This document shows positions 37,885 through 48,134 of a DNA stretch of 64,000 nt, in pieces. The notes below the pieces were generated by a model. It searched no databases, had not been told where the DNA came from, and was given only the letters and a program-made list of their open reading frames with translations. The stretch's first letter is position 1; the number at the start of each line of letters is the position of its first letter. This DNA is from Shigella phage ESh24. The stretch is from the sequence record ON528734; one strand, written 5' to 3'. Both the position numbers and the translations under genes were made by a program.

Positions 37885-38802
37885 ATGGATTTAGAAATGA
37901 TGCTGGATGAAGATTATAAAGAAGGAATTTGCTTTATTGACTTTAGTCAGATTGCGCTTTCAACTGCTTTAGTAAACTTCCCAGATAAAGAAAAAATTAA
38001 TTTATCAATGGTTCGTCATTTGATATTGAACTCAATTAAGTTTAATGTCAAAAAAGCAAAAACGCTTGGATACACTAAAATTGTACTGTGTATTGATAAC
38101 GCGAAATCTGGATATTGGCGTCGTGATTTCGCTTATTATTATAAGAAAAACCGTGGAAAAGCACGAGAAGAATCGACTTGGGACTGGGAAGGTTATTTTG
38201 AATCCAGCCATAAAGTTATAGATGAATTGAAAACTTATATGCCATATATTGTTATGGATATTGATAAGTATGAAGCAGATGACCACATTGCTGTTCTTGT
38301 TAAAAAGTTCTCTTTAGAAGGACATAAGATTTTAATCATTTCATCGGATGGTGACTTTACACAGCTTCACAAATACCCAAATGTTAAGCAATGGTCGCCG
38401 ATGCATAAGAAATGGGTTAAAATTAAAAGCGGTTCTGCTGAAATTGACTGTATGACTAAAATCCTTAAAGGCGACAAAAAGGATAACGTTGCTTCAGTTA
38501 AAGTACGATCTGACTTTTGGTTTACTAGAGTTGAAGGTGAACGAACTCCTTCAATGAAAACTTCAATCGTTGAAGCTATTGCTAATGACCGTGAGCAAGC
38601 TAAGGTGCTTCTCACAGAATCTGAGTATAATCGTTATAAAGAAAATTTAGTTCTAATTGATTTTGATTATATTCCTGATAATATTGCTTCAAACATTGTG
38701 AATTACTATAATTCATATAAATTACCACCGCGTGGCAAAATTTATTCATATTTTGTAAAAGCGGGTCTTTCTAAATTAACTAATAGCATTAATGAATTTT
38801 GA
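37885..38802 (+). CDS. rnh: RNase H / 5'-3' flap exonuclease
   Basis: 305 aa from ATG 37885 (track TTG 37870 rejected); MDLEMMLDEDYKEGIC.. matches T4 RNase H. Confidence 0.95.
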   Translation: MDLEMMLDEDYKEGICFIDFSQIALSTALVNFPDKEKINLSMVRHLILNSIKFNVKKAKTLGYTKIVLCIDNAKSGYWRRDFAYYYKKNRGKAREESTWDWEGYFESSHKVIDELKTYMPYIVMDIDKYEADDHIAVLVKKFSLEGHKILIISSDGDFTQLHKYPNVKQWSPMHKKWVKIKSGSAEIDCMTKILKGDKKDNVASVKVRSDFWFTRVEGERTPSMKTSIVEAIANDREQAKVLLTESEYNRYKENLVLIDFDYIPDNIASNIVNYYNSYKLPPRGKIYSYFVKAGLSKLTNSINEF

Positions 38803-38810
38803 GGTGAATA

Positions 38811-39080
38811 ATGGCTAAAAAAGAAATGGTTGAATTTGATGAAGCTATCCATGGCGAAGACTTGGCTAAATTTATTAAAGAAGCATCTGATCATAAACTG
38901 AAAATTTCCGGTTATAATGAATTGATTAAAGATATTCGAATTCGTGCCAAAGATGAACTTGGTGTTGATGGTAAGATGTTTAATCGTTTGTTAGCTTTGT
39001 ATCATAAAGATAATCGTGATGTGTTTGAAGCTGAAACTGAAGAGGTAGTTGAACTTTATGACACAGTTTTCTCTAAATGA
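38811..39080 (+). CDS. dsbA: dsDNA-binding protein DsbA
   Basis: 89 aa; position and length match T4 DsbA. Confidence 0.85.
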   Translation: MAKKEMVEFDEAIHGEDLAKFIKEASDHKLKISGYNELIKDIRIRAKDELGVDGKMFNRLLALYHKDNRDVFEAETEEVVELYDTVFSK

Positions 39081-39396
39081 TATTCGTCCGGTCGATGAGG
39101 CCGGGCTTTCAGAAAAAGAACTTTCCCTTAAAAAGGAAAAAGATGAAATCGCAAAGCTTCTTGATCGACAAGAAAATGGATTTATTATTGAAAAGATGGT
39201 AGAAGAATTTGGAATGAGTTATCTTGAAGCTACGACAGCATTCTTGGAAGAAAATTCTATTCCTGAAACTCAATTTGCTAAATTTATTCCTTCGGGTATA
39301 ATTGAAAAAATTCAGTCAGAAGCTATTGACGAAAATCTTTTGCGTCCTTCTGTTGTTCGTTGTGAAAAAACTAATACATTAGATTTTCTACTATGA
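39058..39396 (+). CDS. 33: late transcription co-activator gp33
   Basis: 112 aa from ATG 39058: MTQFSLNDIRPVDE..TNTLDFLL; matches T4 gp33. Confidence 0.9.
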   Translation: MTQFSLNDIRPVDEAGLSEKELSLKKEKDEIAKLLDRQENGFIIEKMVEEFGMSYLEATTAFLEENSIPETQFAKFIPSGIIEKIQSEAIDENLLRPSVVRCEKTNTLDFLL

Positions 39397-40046
39397 TTAA
39401 ACTCCGCATGCCTGCTGGTGGTGAAAGATACATTGATGGTAAATCAGTTTATAAATTATACTTAATGATAAAACAACATATGAATGGAAAATATGATGTT
39501 ATTAAGTACAATTGGTGCATGCGGGTGTCTGATGCCGCTTATCAAAAGCGAAGGGATAAGTATTTTTTCCAGAAGTTATCAGAAAAATATAAATTAAAGG
39601 AACTTGCTTTAATCTTTATAAGCAATTTGGTTGCTAACCAAGATGCTTGGATTGGTGACATCTCTGACGCTGATGCACTTGTGTTTTATCGTGAATATAT
39701 CGGACGCTTAAAGCAAATTAAATTTAAGTTTGAAGAAGATATTCGCAACATTTATTATTTTAGTAAAAAAGTTGAAGTTTCTGCTTTTAAAGAAATCTTT
39801 GAATATAATCCAAAGGTTCAATCAAGTTATATTTTTAAACTGCTTCAGTCGAATATAATTTCGTTTGAAACGTTTATCTTGCTTGATTCGTTTTTAAATA
39901 TAATTGATAAACATGATGAACAGACTGATAATTTAGTTTGGAACAATTATTCTATAAAGTTAAAGGCTTATAGAAAAATTTTAAATATTGATTCACAGAA
40001 AGCTAAAAGTGTTTTCATTGAAACTGTGAAATCTTGCAAGTATTAA
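39393..40046 (+). CDS. 59: helicase loader gp59
   Basis: 217 aa MIKLRMPAGGERYIDGKSVYKLYLMIKQHMNGKYD..; matches T4 gp59. Confidence 0.9.
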   Translation: MIKLRMPAGGERYIDGKSVYKLYLMIKQHMNGKYDVIKYNWCMRVSDAAYQKRRDKYFFQKLSEKYKLKELALIFISNLVANQDAWIGDISDADALVFYREYIGRLKQIKFKFEEDIRNIYYFSKKVEVSAFKEIFEYNPKVQSSYIFKLLQSNIISFETFILLDSFLNIIDKHDEQTDNLVWNNYSIKLKAYRKILNIDSQKAKSVFIETVKSCKY

Positions 40047-40047
40047 T

Positions 40048-40071
40048 TGCTTATTATAAATAGATTATAAT
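40048..40071 (+). promoter_or_regulatory. MotA-dependent middle promoter for gene 32
   Basis: MotA box aatTGCTTAt 40048-40053, 12 nt, -10 TATAAT 40066-40071. Confidence 0.55.
40055..40062 (+). promoter_or_regulatory. late promoter for gene 32
   Basis: Exact TATAAATA 84 nt upstream of the gene 32 ATG. Confidence 0.55.
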
Positions 40072-40079
40072 TATCTCAC

Positions 40080-40145
40080 TGACCAGCTATGAGGTCATAC
40101 ATCGTCATAGCACCAACTGTTAATTAAATTAAAAAGGAAATAAAA
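40080..40145 (+). promoter_or_regulatory. gene 32 autoregulatory translational operator (H-type pseudoknot plus unstructured A/U tract)
   Basis: S1 tgacc 40080-40084 pairs ggtca 40093-40097; S2 gctatga 40086-40092 pairs tcatagc 40105-40111; then ttaattaaattaaaaaggaaataaaaATG. Confidence 0.8.
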
Positions 40146-41054
40146 ATGTTTAAACGTAAATCTACTGCTGAACTCGCTGCACAAATGGCTAAACTGGCTG
40201 GAAATAAAGGTGGTTTTTCTTCTGAAGATAAAGGCGAGTGGAAACTGAAACTCGATAATGCGGGTAATGGTCAAGCAGTAATTCGTTTTCTTCCGTCTAA
40301 AAATGATGAACAAGCACCATTCGCAATTCTTGTAAATCACGGTTTCAAGAAAAATGGTAAATGGTATATTGAAAACTGTTCATCTACCCACGGTGATTAC
40401 GATTCTTGTCCAGTATGTCAGTATATCAGTAAAAATGATCTGTACAACACTGACAATAAAGAGTACAGTCTTGTTAAACGTAAAACTTCTTACTGGGCTA
40501 ACATTCTTGTTGTAAAAGACCCAGCTGCTCCAGAAAACGAAGGTAAAGTATTTAAATATCGTTTCGGTAAGAAAATCTGGGATAAAATCAACGCAATGAT
40601 TGCAGTTGATGTTGAAATGGGTGAAACTCCGGTTGATGTAACTTGTCCGTGGGAAGGTGCTAACTTTGTACTGAAAGTTAAACAAGTTTCTGGATTTAGT
40701 AACTACGACGAATCTAAATTCCTGAATCAATCTGCGATTCCAAACATTGATGATGAATCTTTCCAGAAAGAACTGTTCGAACAAATGGTTGACCTTTCTG
40801 AAATGACTTCTAAAGATAAATTCAAATCGTTTGAAGAACTAAGCACTAAGTTCAGTCAAGTTATGGGAACTGCTGCTATGGGTGGTGCCGCAGCAACTGC
40901 CGCTAAGAAAGCTGATAAAGTTGCTGATGATTTGGATGCATTCAATGTTGATGACTTCAAAACAAAAACTGAAGATGATTTTATGAGCTCAAGCTCTGGC
41001 AGTTCATCTAGTGCTGATGACACGGACCTGGATGACCTTTTGAATGACCTTTAA
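40146..41054 (+). CDS. 32: ssDNA-binding protein gp32
   Basis: 302 aa; Zn site [14 protein letters not shown]; acidic C-terminus [21 protein letters not shown]. Confidence 0.97.
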   Translation: MFKRKSTAELAAQMAKLAGNKGGFSSEDKGEWKLKLDNAGNGQAVIRFLPSKNDEQAPFAILVNHGFKKNGKWYIENCSSTHGDYDSCPVCQYISKNDLYNTDNKEYSLVKRKTSYWANILVVKDPAAPENEGKVFKYRFGKKIWDKINAMIAVDVEMGETPVDVTCPWEGANFVLKVKQVSGFSNYDESKFLNQSAIPNIDDESFQKELFEQMVDLSEMTSKDKFKSFEELSTKFSQVMGTAAMGGAAATAAKKADKVADDLDAFNVDDFKTKTEDDFMSSSSGSSSSADDTDLDDLLNDL

Positions 41055-41086
41055 TAGATTATATTACTAATTAATTGGGGACCCTA

Positions 41087-41110
41087 GAGGTCCCCTTTTT
41101 ATTTCAAAAA
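41087..41110 (+). terminator. hairpin plus T-run after gene 32
   Basis: ggggacc-ctaga-ggtcccc then ttttt. Confidence 0.75.
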
Positions 41111-41126
41111 TTTTTTCACAAAACGG

Positions 41127-41155
41127 TTTACATCCTTGTCCTTCCATGGTACTAT
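41127..41155 (+). promoter_or_regulatory. T4-type early promoter with UP-like element
   Basis: caaaaattttttcacaaaacgg then -35 TTTACA 41127-41132, 17 nt, -10 TACTAT 41150-41155. Confidence 0.7.
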
Positions 41156-41198
41156 ACAACTATCGGCAATACTGCTGATGATTAAAGAGGAAAATAAT

Positions 41199-41429
41199 AT
41201 GGCTAAAGTTGATATTGACATTGTTGATTTTGAATATATTGAAGAGATTATTCGTAATCGTTATCCTGAACTTAGTATCACAAGTATTCACGATGATCCC
41301 AATTATTGCAATTTTTCTATTGTCATTGAAGGTCCTCTTGAAGACCTCACCCGCTTTATGGCTAATGAATATTGTGATGGTATGGATTCTGAAGACGCAG
41401 AATTTTACATGGGATTGATTGAACAATAA
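41199..41429 (+). CDS. hypothetical acidic early protein
   Basis: 76 aa from ATG 41199 with SD AGAGGAAAA (track start 41136 reads through the promoter). Confidence 0.55.
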   Translation: MAKVDIDIVDFEYIEEIIRNRYPELSITSIHDDPNYCNFSIVIEGPLEDLTRFMANEYCDGMDSEDAEFYMGLIEQ

Positions 41430-41436
41430 TTATCAA

Positions 41437-41453
41437 GGGGCTATTACAGCCCC
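41437..41453 (+). other. RNA hairpin
   Basis: ggggct-attac-agcccc between two early ORFs. Confidence 0.45.
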
Positions 41454-41473
41454 GTTAAAATGAGGAAAACGCA

Positions 41474-41839
41474 ATGTATATCGGTAAAAAGTATGAACTT
41501 GTTCCAAGACTTATTGATACATTTATTAATTATCGCCCACGTTCTAATTCAGCAATAGTTAAAATTATTCAAGAAAATGGCGGATGGTTTGAAGTTAAAG
41601 AAGCTTTCTTTGTTGATGGATTTAGAGTAATAAAACACATTGAATGCGCAAATGGAAAGCATTTTTACTTTAACGTTTGTGAAGACGAATTTCATTGTTT
41701 TCGTGAGTATAAAGAACTGACTTCTGAAGAAGATGAAGTCAAAGACAAGGTTTCTGGCGTAACAAAAATTCACTGCATTGTAGACGAAAACAATGTAGAT
41801 GAAATCATTGAACTTTTGCGAAAAACTTTCAAAAAGTAG
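41474..41839 (+). CDS. hypothetical early protein, IGKxY / EDEFxxF family
   Basis: 121 aa MYIGKKYELVPRL..VCEDEFHCFREYKE; SD GAGGAAAA. Confidence 0.6.
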   Translation: MYIGKKYELVPRLIDTFINYRPRSNSAIVKIIQENGGWFEVKEAFFVDGFRVIKHIECANGKHFYFNVCEDEFHCFREYKELTSEEDEVKDKVSGVTKIHCIVDENNVDEIIELLRKTFKK

Positions 41840-41868
41840 TTTACAACAGGGTAGTAGTGTGATACTAT
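41840..41868 (+). promoter_or_regulatory. T4-type early promoter
   Basis: -35 TTTACA 41840-41845, 17 nt, -10 TACTAT 41863-41868. Confidence 0.65.
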
Positions 41869-41893
41869 TACCCTATCAACTAAGGAGAATAAA

Positions 41894-42136
41894 ATGAGAT
41901 TACAACGCCAGAGCATCAAAGATTCGGAAGTTAGAGGTAAATGGTATTTTAATATCATCGGTAAAGATTCTGAACTCGTTGAAAAAGCTGAACATCTTTT
42001 ACGTGATATGGGATGGGAAGATGAATGTGATGGATGCCCTCTTTATGAGGATGGAGAAAGCGCAGGATTCTGGATTTACCATTCTGACGTCGAGCAGTTT
42101 AAAGCTGATTGGAAAATTGTGAAAAAGTCTGTTTAA
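41894..42136 (+). CDS. hypothetical early protein
   Basis: 80 aa; SD AAGGAGAA. Confidence 0.55.
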   Translation: MRLQRQSIKDSEVRGKWYFNIIGKDSELVEKAEHLLRDMGWEDECDGCPLYEDGESAGFWIYHSDVEQFKADWKIVKKSV

Positions 42137-42146
42137 GGAAAATAAT

Positions 42147-42389
42147 ATGATTTTTGTATTTGAATTTATGAATGATGAATTCGATTATGCAATTTTTAAC
42201 GCATTGCATAATCCTGATTTAAATGAATTTAATGAAATGTTTTCTGACGCTTTGAGCATGTCAGAAGAATACTGTGGAGAATGTCAACGTGTTTGTGTGA
42301 CAGTTTTTGAAAACAAAGAAAAGACTTACGAAGAATTATTCTTTGATGCTAATAAAGCCACTGAATGGTTTATTGAAAGGGGGTTTTGA
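42147..42389 (+). CDS. hypothetical acidic early protein
   Basis: 80 aa; SD AAGGAAAA. Confidence 0.55.
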   Translation: MIFVFEFMNDEFDYAIFNALHNPDLNEFNEMFSDALSMSEEYCGECQRVCVTVFENKEKTYEELFFDANKATEWFIERGF

Positions 42390-42977
<588 letters not shown>

Positions 42978-42996
42978 AATAACGTGTGGCGGAAAT

Positions 42997-43344
42997 ATGA
43001 ATTTTAATTATTACCCTATTCTATTAGAAAAAGATGATAAGCAGCCAAAGTGGCAGGGTCCTCAGTTTATTAAAGGCGTCTATCAATTAGTAGTTCCTAA
43101 AGACAAGATTTATAGCAGTTGTTTCACTGAATCCGCCTGCAGTATTTTCGGTAATAGTTCTCCGTATTGGAATTTTGACATAAAGCTGGATAGAAATATC
43201 GATATTTGGTTGAAAGCTATGGATATTGGTAATATCACGTTTGATGAGAATAATTATCATATTATTGGTCGCTTTTCCAAACGCGGTAAAGAATTGTATT
43301 TCACACCTGAAATTGAAAGAAAATTTGATGCTAAACCGTATTGA
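42997..43344 (+). CDS. hypothetical protein inserted between frd and td
   Basis: 115-aa ORF with ATG and weak SD; no recognisable motif. Confidence 0.55.
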   Translation: MNFNYYPILLEKDDKQPKWQGPQFIKGVYQLVVPKDKIYSSCFTESACSIFGNSSPYWNFDIKLDRNIDIWLKAMDIGNITFDENNYHIIGRFSKRGKELYFTPEIERKFDAKPY

Positions 43345-43387
43345 TTATTTAGCTTCATAAAATGTATTATAATATATAAGGTACTAA

Positions 43388-43936
43388 ATGAAACAATACC
43401 AAGATTTAATTAAAGACATTTTTGAAAATGGCTATGAAACCGATGACCGAACAGGCACAGGAACAATTGCTTTGTTTGGTACTAAATTACGCTGGGATTT
43501 AACTAAAGGTTTTCCTGCAGTAACAACTAAGAAGCTCGCTTGGAACGCATGTATTGCTGAGCTTCTATGGTTTATTTCCGGTTCTACCAATGTTAATGAT
43601 TTACGTCTTCGTACTCATGGTAGTCTTATTCAAGGTAAAACTATCTGGGATGACAATTATGAAAACCAAGCTAAAGACCTAGGATATCATAGTGGTGAAC
43701 TTGGTCCAATTTATGGAAAACAGTGGCGTGATTTCGGTGGTGTGGATCAATTAGTTGAAACTATTGATCGTATTAAAAAATTACCAACTGATCGACGTCA
43801 AATCGTTTCAGCATGGAATCCAGCTGAAATCAATCAAATGGCATTACCGCCCTGTCATATGTTCTATCAGTTTAATGTGCGTAATGGCTATTTAGATTTG
43901 CAGTGGTATCAACGATCAGTAGATGTTTTCTTGGGT
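43388..43936 (+). CDS. td: thymidylate synthase, exon 1
   Basis: 183 codons ending ..RSVDVFLG; catalytic MALPPCHMFYQF; ORF-track stop 43937-43939 is the first intron triplet. Confidence 0.95.
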
Positions 43937-44039
43937 TAATTGAGGCCTGAGTATAAGGTGACTTATACTTGTAATCTATCTAAACGGGGAACCTCTCTAG
44001 TAGACAATCCCGTGCTAAATTGTAGGACTGCCCTTTAAT

Positions 44040-44067
44040 AAATACTTCTATATTTAAAGAGGTATTT
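44040..44067 (+). promoter_or_regulatory. hairpin sequestering the I-TevI SD, with a late-promoter-like TAATAAATA at its 5' edge
   Basis: aaatacttct 44040-44049 pairs agaggtattt 44058-44067 (one G-U pair); SD GAGG lies in the 3' arm; taataaata at 44036-44044. Confidence 0.55.
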
Positions 44068-44805
44068 ATGAAAAGCGGAATTTATCAGATTAAAAATACT
44101 TTAAACAATAAAGTATATGTAGGAAGTGCTAAAGATTTTAAAAAGAGATGGAAGAGGCATTTTAAAGATTTAGAAAAAGGATGCCATTCTTCTATAAAAC
44201 TTCAGAGGTCTTTTAACAAACACGGTAATGTGTTTGAATGTTCTATTTTGGAAGAAATTCCATATGAGAAAGATTTGATTATTGAACGAGAAAATTTTTG
44301 GATTAAAGAGCTTAATTCTAAAATTAATGGATACAATATTGCTGATGCAACGTTTGGTGATACATGTTCTACACATCCATTAAAAGAAGAAATTATTAAG
44401 AAACGTTCTGAAACTGTTAAAGCTAAGATGCTTAAACTTGGACCTGATGGTCGGAAAGCTCTTTACAGTAAACCCGGAAGTAAAAACGGGCGTTGGAATC
44501 CAGAAACCCATAAGTTTTGTAAGTGCGGTGTTCGCATACAAACTTCTGCTTATACTTGTAGTAAATGCAGAAATCGTTCAGGTGAAAATAATTCATTCTT
44601 TAATCATAAGCATTCAGACATAACTAAATCTAAAATATCAGAAAAGATGAAAGGTAAAAAGCCTAGTAATATTAAAAAGATTTCATGTGATGGGGTTATT
44701 TTTGATTGTGCAGCAGATGCAGCTAGACATTTTAAAATTTCGTCTGGATTAGTTACTTATCGTGTAAAATCTGATAAATGGAATTGGTTCTACATAAATG
44801 CCTAA
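44068..44805 (+). CDS. I-TevI: GIY-YIG homing endonuclease I-TevI
   Basis: 245 aa MKSGIYQIKNTLNNKVYVGSAKDF.. (GIY-YIG), Zn finger CKCGVRIQTSAYTCSKC, C-terminal HTH. Confidence 0.97.
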   Translation: MKSGIYQIKNTLNNKVYVGSAKDFKKRWKRHFKDLEKGCHSSIKLQRSFNKHGNVFECSILEEIPYEKDLIIERENFWIKELNSKINGYNIADATFGDTCSTHPLKEEIIKKRSETVKAKMLKLGPDGRKALYSKPGSKNGRWNPETHKFCKCGVRIQTSAYTCSKCRNRSGENNSFFNHKHSDITKSKISEKMKGKKPSNIKKISCDGVIFDCAADAARHFKISSGLVTYRVKSDKWNWFYINA

Positions 44806-44952
44806 CGACTATCCCTTTGGGGAGTAGGGTCAAGTGACTCGAAACGATAGACAACTTGCTTTAACAAGTTGGAGATATAGTCTGATCTGCATGGTGACAT
44901 GTAGCTGGATATAATTCCGGGGTAAGATTAACGACCTTATCTGAACATAATG

Positions 44953-45264
44953 CTACCATTTAATATTGCATCATATGCTGCGTTAGTTCATATTGTAGCT
45001 AAGATGTGTAATCTTATTCCTGGAGATTTGATATTTTCTGGCGGTAATACTCATATCTATATGAATCATGTGGAACAATGTAAAGAAATTTTACGTCGTG
45101 AACCTATGGATTTATGCGAATTGCAATTAAAATTTCCAGATGAATTTGATGAATGGGACACAGAATCGCAGGTATTTTGGTTGAGTCAATTCGCAAAGCC
45201 GCATAATTTTGTTCTTAACAACTATGAATCACACCCTTCTATTAAAGGAAAGATGGCGGTGTAA
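44953..45264 (+). CDS. td: thymidylate synthase, exon 2
   Basis: 103 codons [25 protein letters not shown]; the track ATG 44950 is the last intron triplet. Confidence 0.95.
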   Translation, partial: LPFNIASYAALVHIVAKMCNLIPGDLIFSGGNTHIYMNHVEQCKEILRREPMDLCELQLKFPDEFDEWDTESQVFWLSQFAKPHNFVLNNYESHPSIKGKMAV

Positions 45265-45284
45265 TTTTATTATTGCGAGGATAT

Positions 45285-45548
45285 ATGATTTTACGATTTA
45301 AAGATACTTCTGGTGTCGTTCTTTTTACACTTCCTAATCCAAGCGAGTTAGAAGTTCCAGGACCAAATCAGCCTATTATCATTTATGGCAAAAAATATTA
45401 TACTCATAAAATGACTCGTGAGTATTTTGATAATAAAATTTCTACAGTTAAAACTTCTTCAGATTGTTACTATGATATTACTGTTTTAACGGAAAAACAA
45501 TATGACGAATTATCACCGCGCGGGCCGTCTATGCCAGGTAGTGAATAA
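45285..45548 (+). CDS. hypothetical early protein (position of T4 nrdA.2)
   Basis: 87 aa from ATG 45285 with SD GAGGA (track TTG 45273 rejected). Confidence 0.55.
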   Translation: MILRFKDTSGVVLFTLPNPSELEVPGPNQPIIIYGKKYYTHKMTREYFDNKISTVKTSSDCYYDITVLTEKQYDELSPRGPSMPGSE

Positions 45549-45828
45549 ATATAAATCCGACTTTGATGTTAATATTCACCGTGGTACATTTTGGGGAAAT
45601 TACGTCGGTAAAGATGCTGGCAGCCGGGAGGCTGCCATTGAATTATTCAAAAAAGATTTTATACGTCGAATTAAATCCGGAGAAATAACTAAAGCACATT
45701 TAGAGCCTTTACGTGGAATGAGGCTAGGATGCACATGTAAACCAAAGCCGTGTCATGGTGATATAATAGCTCATATAGTTAACCGATTGTTTAAAGACGA
45801 TTTTCAAGTTGAGGACTTATGCAATTAA
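45502..45828 (+). CDS. hypothetical protein, DUF4326-like pattern (position of T4 nrdA.1)
   Basis: 108 aa; [35 protein letters not shown]; overlaps previous ORF by 47 nt and nrdA by 10 nt. Confidence 0.55.
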   Translation: MTNYHRAGRLCQVVNKYKSDFDVNIHRGTFWGNYVGKDAGSREAAIELFKKDFIRRIKSGEITKAHLEPLRGMRLGCTCKPKPCHGDIIAHIVNRLFKDDFQVEDLCN

Positions 45829-48083
45829 TTAATGTTATCAAAAGTAGTGGTGTTTCTCAGAGCTTTGACCCGCAAAAAATTATTAAAGTTTTATCTTGGG
45901 CAGCTGAAGGAACATCAGTCGATCCTTATGAATTATATGAAAATATTAAATCATATCTCCGTGATGGAATGACAACTGATGATATTCAGACTATTGTCAT
46001 TAAGGCCGCTGCGAATTCTATTTCAGTTGAAGAGCCTGATTATCAATACGTAGCCGCGCGCTGTTTAATGTTTGCTCTTCGTAAGCATGTTTATGGGCAG
46101 TATGAACCACGTTCATTTATTGACCATATTTCTTACTGTGTAAATGAAGGTAAATATGACCCTGAATTATTGTCAAAATATTCAGCAGAAGAAATTACAT
46201 TTTTAGAATCAAAAATTAAGCACGAGCGGGATATGGAATTTACTTATTCCGGGGCGATGCAATTAAAAGAAAAATATCTCGTTAAAGATAAAACTACTGG
46301 TCAAATTTATGAAACTCCACAGTTTGCATTTATGACTATTGGAATGGCACTGCATCAAGATGAACCTGTTGATAGATTAAAACATGTTATTCGTTTTTAT
46401 GAAGCAGTATCTACTCGACAGATTTCATTGCCAACTCCTATTATGGCTGGTTGTCGTACTCCGACTCGACAGTTTAGTTCATGCGTTGTTATTGAGGCAG
46501 GTGATTCATTGAAGTCTATCAATAAGGCTTCCGCTTCAATTGTTGAATATATCTCTAAACGCGCTGGAATTGGTATTAACGTTGGTATGATTCGTGCCGA
46601 AGGTTCTAAGATTGGCATGGGTGAAGTACGCCATACCGGTGTTATTCCTTTTTGGAAACATTTTCAGACTGCTGTTAAATCATGTTCACAGGGTGGAATT
46701 CGTGGCGGCGCTGCTACTGCTTATTATCCTATTTGGCATTTGGAAGTTGAAAATCTTCTCGTTTTGAAAAATAACAAAGGTGTAGAAGAAAACCGCATTC
46801 GTCATATGGATTATGGTGTTCAGCTGAATGATTTGATGATGGAACGTTTTGGAAAGAACGATTACATTACTTTGTTCAGTCCGCATGAAATGGGTGGCGA
46901 GCTTTATTATTCTTATTTTAAAGATCAAGACCGTTTCCGTGAATTATACGAAGCTGCAGAAAAAGACCCTAATATTCGTAAAAAGCGTATTAAAGCCCGT
47001 GAACTGTTTGAATTGCTTATGACTGAACGCTCAGGAACAGCAAGGATTTATGTGCAGTTCATTGATAATACGAATAACTATACTCCGTTTATTCGTGAAA
47101 AGGCACCTATTCGCCAGAGTAACTTGTGCTGTGAAATTGCTATTCCAACAAATGATGTGAATAGTCCTGATGCTGAAATTGGCTTGTGTACTCTCTCTGC
47201 ATTCGTACTAGATAATTTTGACTGGCAAGACCAAGATAAAATTAATGAATTAGCAGAAGTTCAAGTTCGTGCTCTTGATAATCTTTTGGATTACCAAGGA
47301 TATCCAGTTCCTGAAGCAGAAAAAGCTAAAAAGCGTCGTAACCTCGGTGTAGGTGTTACTAACTATGCAGCTTGGCTGGCAAGTAACTTTGCTTCTTATG
47401 AAGATGCTAACGATTTAACACATGAACTATTTGAGAGATTACAGTATGGACTCATTAAAGCATCCATTAAGCTCGCCAAAGAAAAAGGACCTTGCGAATA
47501 TTATTCAGACACTCGTTGGTCTCGAGGCGAATTACCTATCGACTGGTACAATAAAAAGATTGACCAAATCGCAGCTCCAAAATACGTTTGTGACTGGTCG
47601 TCGCTGCGGGAAGACCTTAAGCTCTTTGGCATCCGTAATAGCACATTATCAGCACTTATGCCATGTGAGTCATCTTCCCAAGTTTCTAACAGTACAAACG
47701 GTATCGAGCCTCCACGTGGACCAGTCTCTGTTAAAGAATCAAAAGAGGGCTCCTTTAATCAAGTCGTGCCCAATATTGAACATAACATAGACCTATATGA
47801 TTATACATGGAAATTAGCTAAGAAAGGTAATAAACCTTATCTTACGCAGGTAGCTATTATGCTGAAATGGGTATGTCAATCAGCTTCGGCGAATACATAT
47901 TATGACCCACAGATTTTTCCAAAAGGAAAGGTTCCAATGTCAATAATGATTGATGACCTTTTGTATTTTTGGTATTTTGGCGGAAAAAATTTCTATTATC
48001 ATAATACCCGTGATGGTTCTGGTACTGATGATTATGAAATAGAAACTCCTAAAGCTGAAGATTGTTCATCCTGTAAATTATGA
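45819..48083 (+). CDS. nrdA: aerobic ribonucleotide reductase large subunit
   Basis: 754 aa; class Ia motifs (SNLCCEI), C-terminal redox pair CSSCKL; matches T4 NrdA. Confidence 0.97.
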   Translation: MQLINVIKSSGVSQSFDPQKIIKVLSWAAEGTSVDPYELYENIKSYLRDGMTTDDIQTIVIKAAANSISVEEPDYQYVAARCLMFALRKHVYGQYEPRSFIDHISYCVNEGKYDPELLSKYSAEEITFLESKIKHERDMEFTYSGAMQLKEKYLVKDKTTGQIYETPQFAFMTIGMALHQDEPVDRLKHVIRFYEAVSTRQISLPTPIMAGCRTPTRQFSSCVVIEAGDSLKSINKASASIVEYISKRAGIGINVGMIRAEGSKIGMGEVRHTGVIPFWKHFQTAVKSCSQGGIRGGAATAYYPIWHLEVENLLVLKNNKGVEENRIRHMDYGVQLNDLMMERFGKNDYITLFSPHEMGGELYYSYFKDQDRFRELYEAAEKDPNIRKKRIKARELFELLMTERSGTARIYVQFIDNTNNYTPFIREKAPIRQSNLCCEIAIPTNDVNSPDAEIGLCTLSAFVLDNFDWQDQDKINELAEVQVRALDNLLDYQGYPVPEAEKAKKRRNLGVGVTNYAAWLASNFASYEDANDLTHELFERLQYGLIKASIKLAKEKGPCEYYSDTRWSRGELPIDWYNKKIDQIAAPKYVCDWSSLREDLKLFGIRNSTLSALMPCESSSQVSNSTNGIEPPRGPVSVKESKEGSFNQVVPNIEHNIDLYDYTWKLAKKGNKPYLTQVAIMLKWVCQSASANTYYDPQIFPKGKVPMSIMIDDLLYFWYFGGKNFYYHNTRDGSGTDDYEIETPKAEDCSSCKL

Positions 48084-48134
48084 TATAATTTGACTCATGG
48101 ACGAGTCACTATCTATTAACTAAGTGGAAAATTT

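Larger units (their letters stand above)
43937..44952 (+). mobile_element. td group I self-splicing intron (1016 nt) carrying I-TevI
   Basis: Starts taattgaggcctgagtataaggtg.., ends ..ctgaacataatg; joining 43936 to 44953 restores [12 protein letters not shown] (286-aa TS); core tagggtcaagtgactcgaaa and gatatagtctgatctgcat shared with the nrdB intron. Confidence 0.95.

Noticed and set aside
41055-41198. Search for free-standing homing endonuclease genes at the T4 positions of segG (after gene 32) and mobE (48084-48134, between nrdA and nrdB)
   Set aside because: Both intervals are short (144 and 51 nt) and contain only a terminator and promoter or a small hairpin. The only endonuclease genes in the window are the two intron-borne ones and denA.
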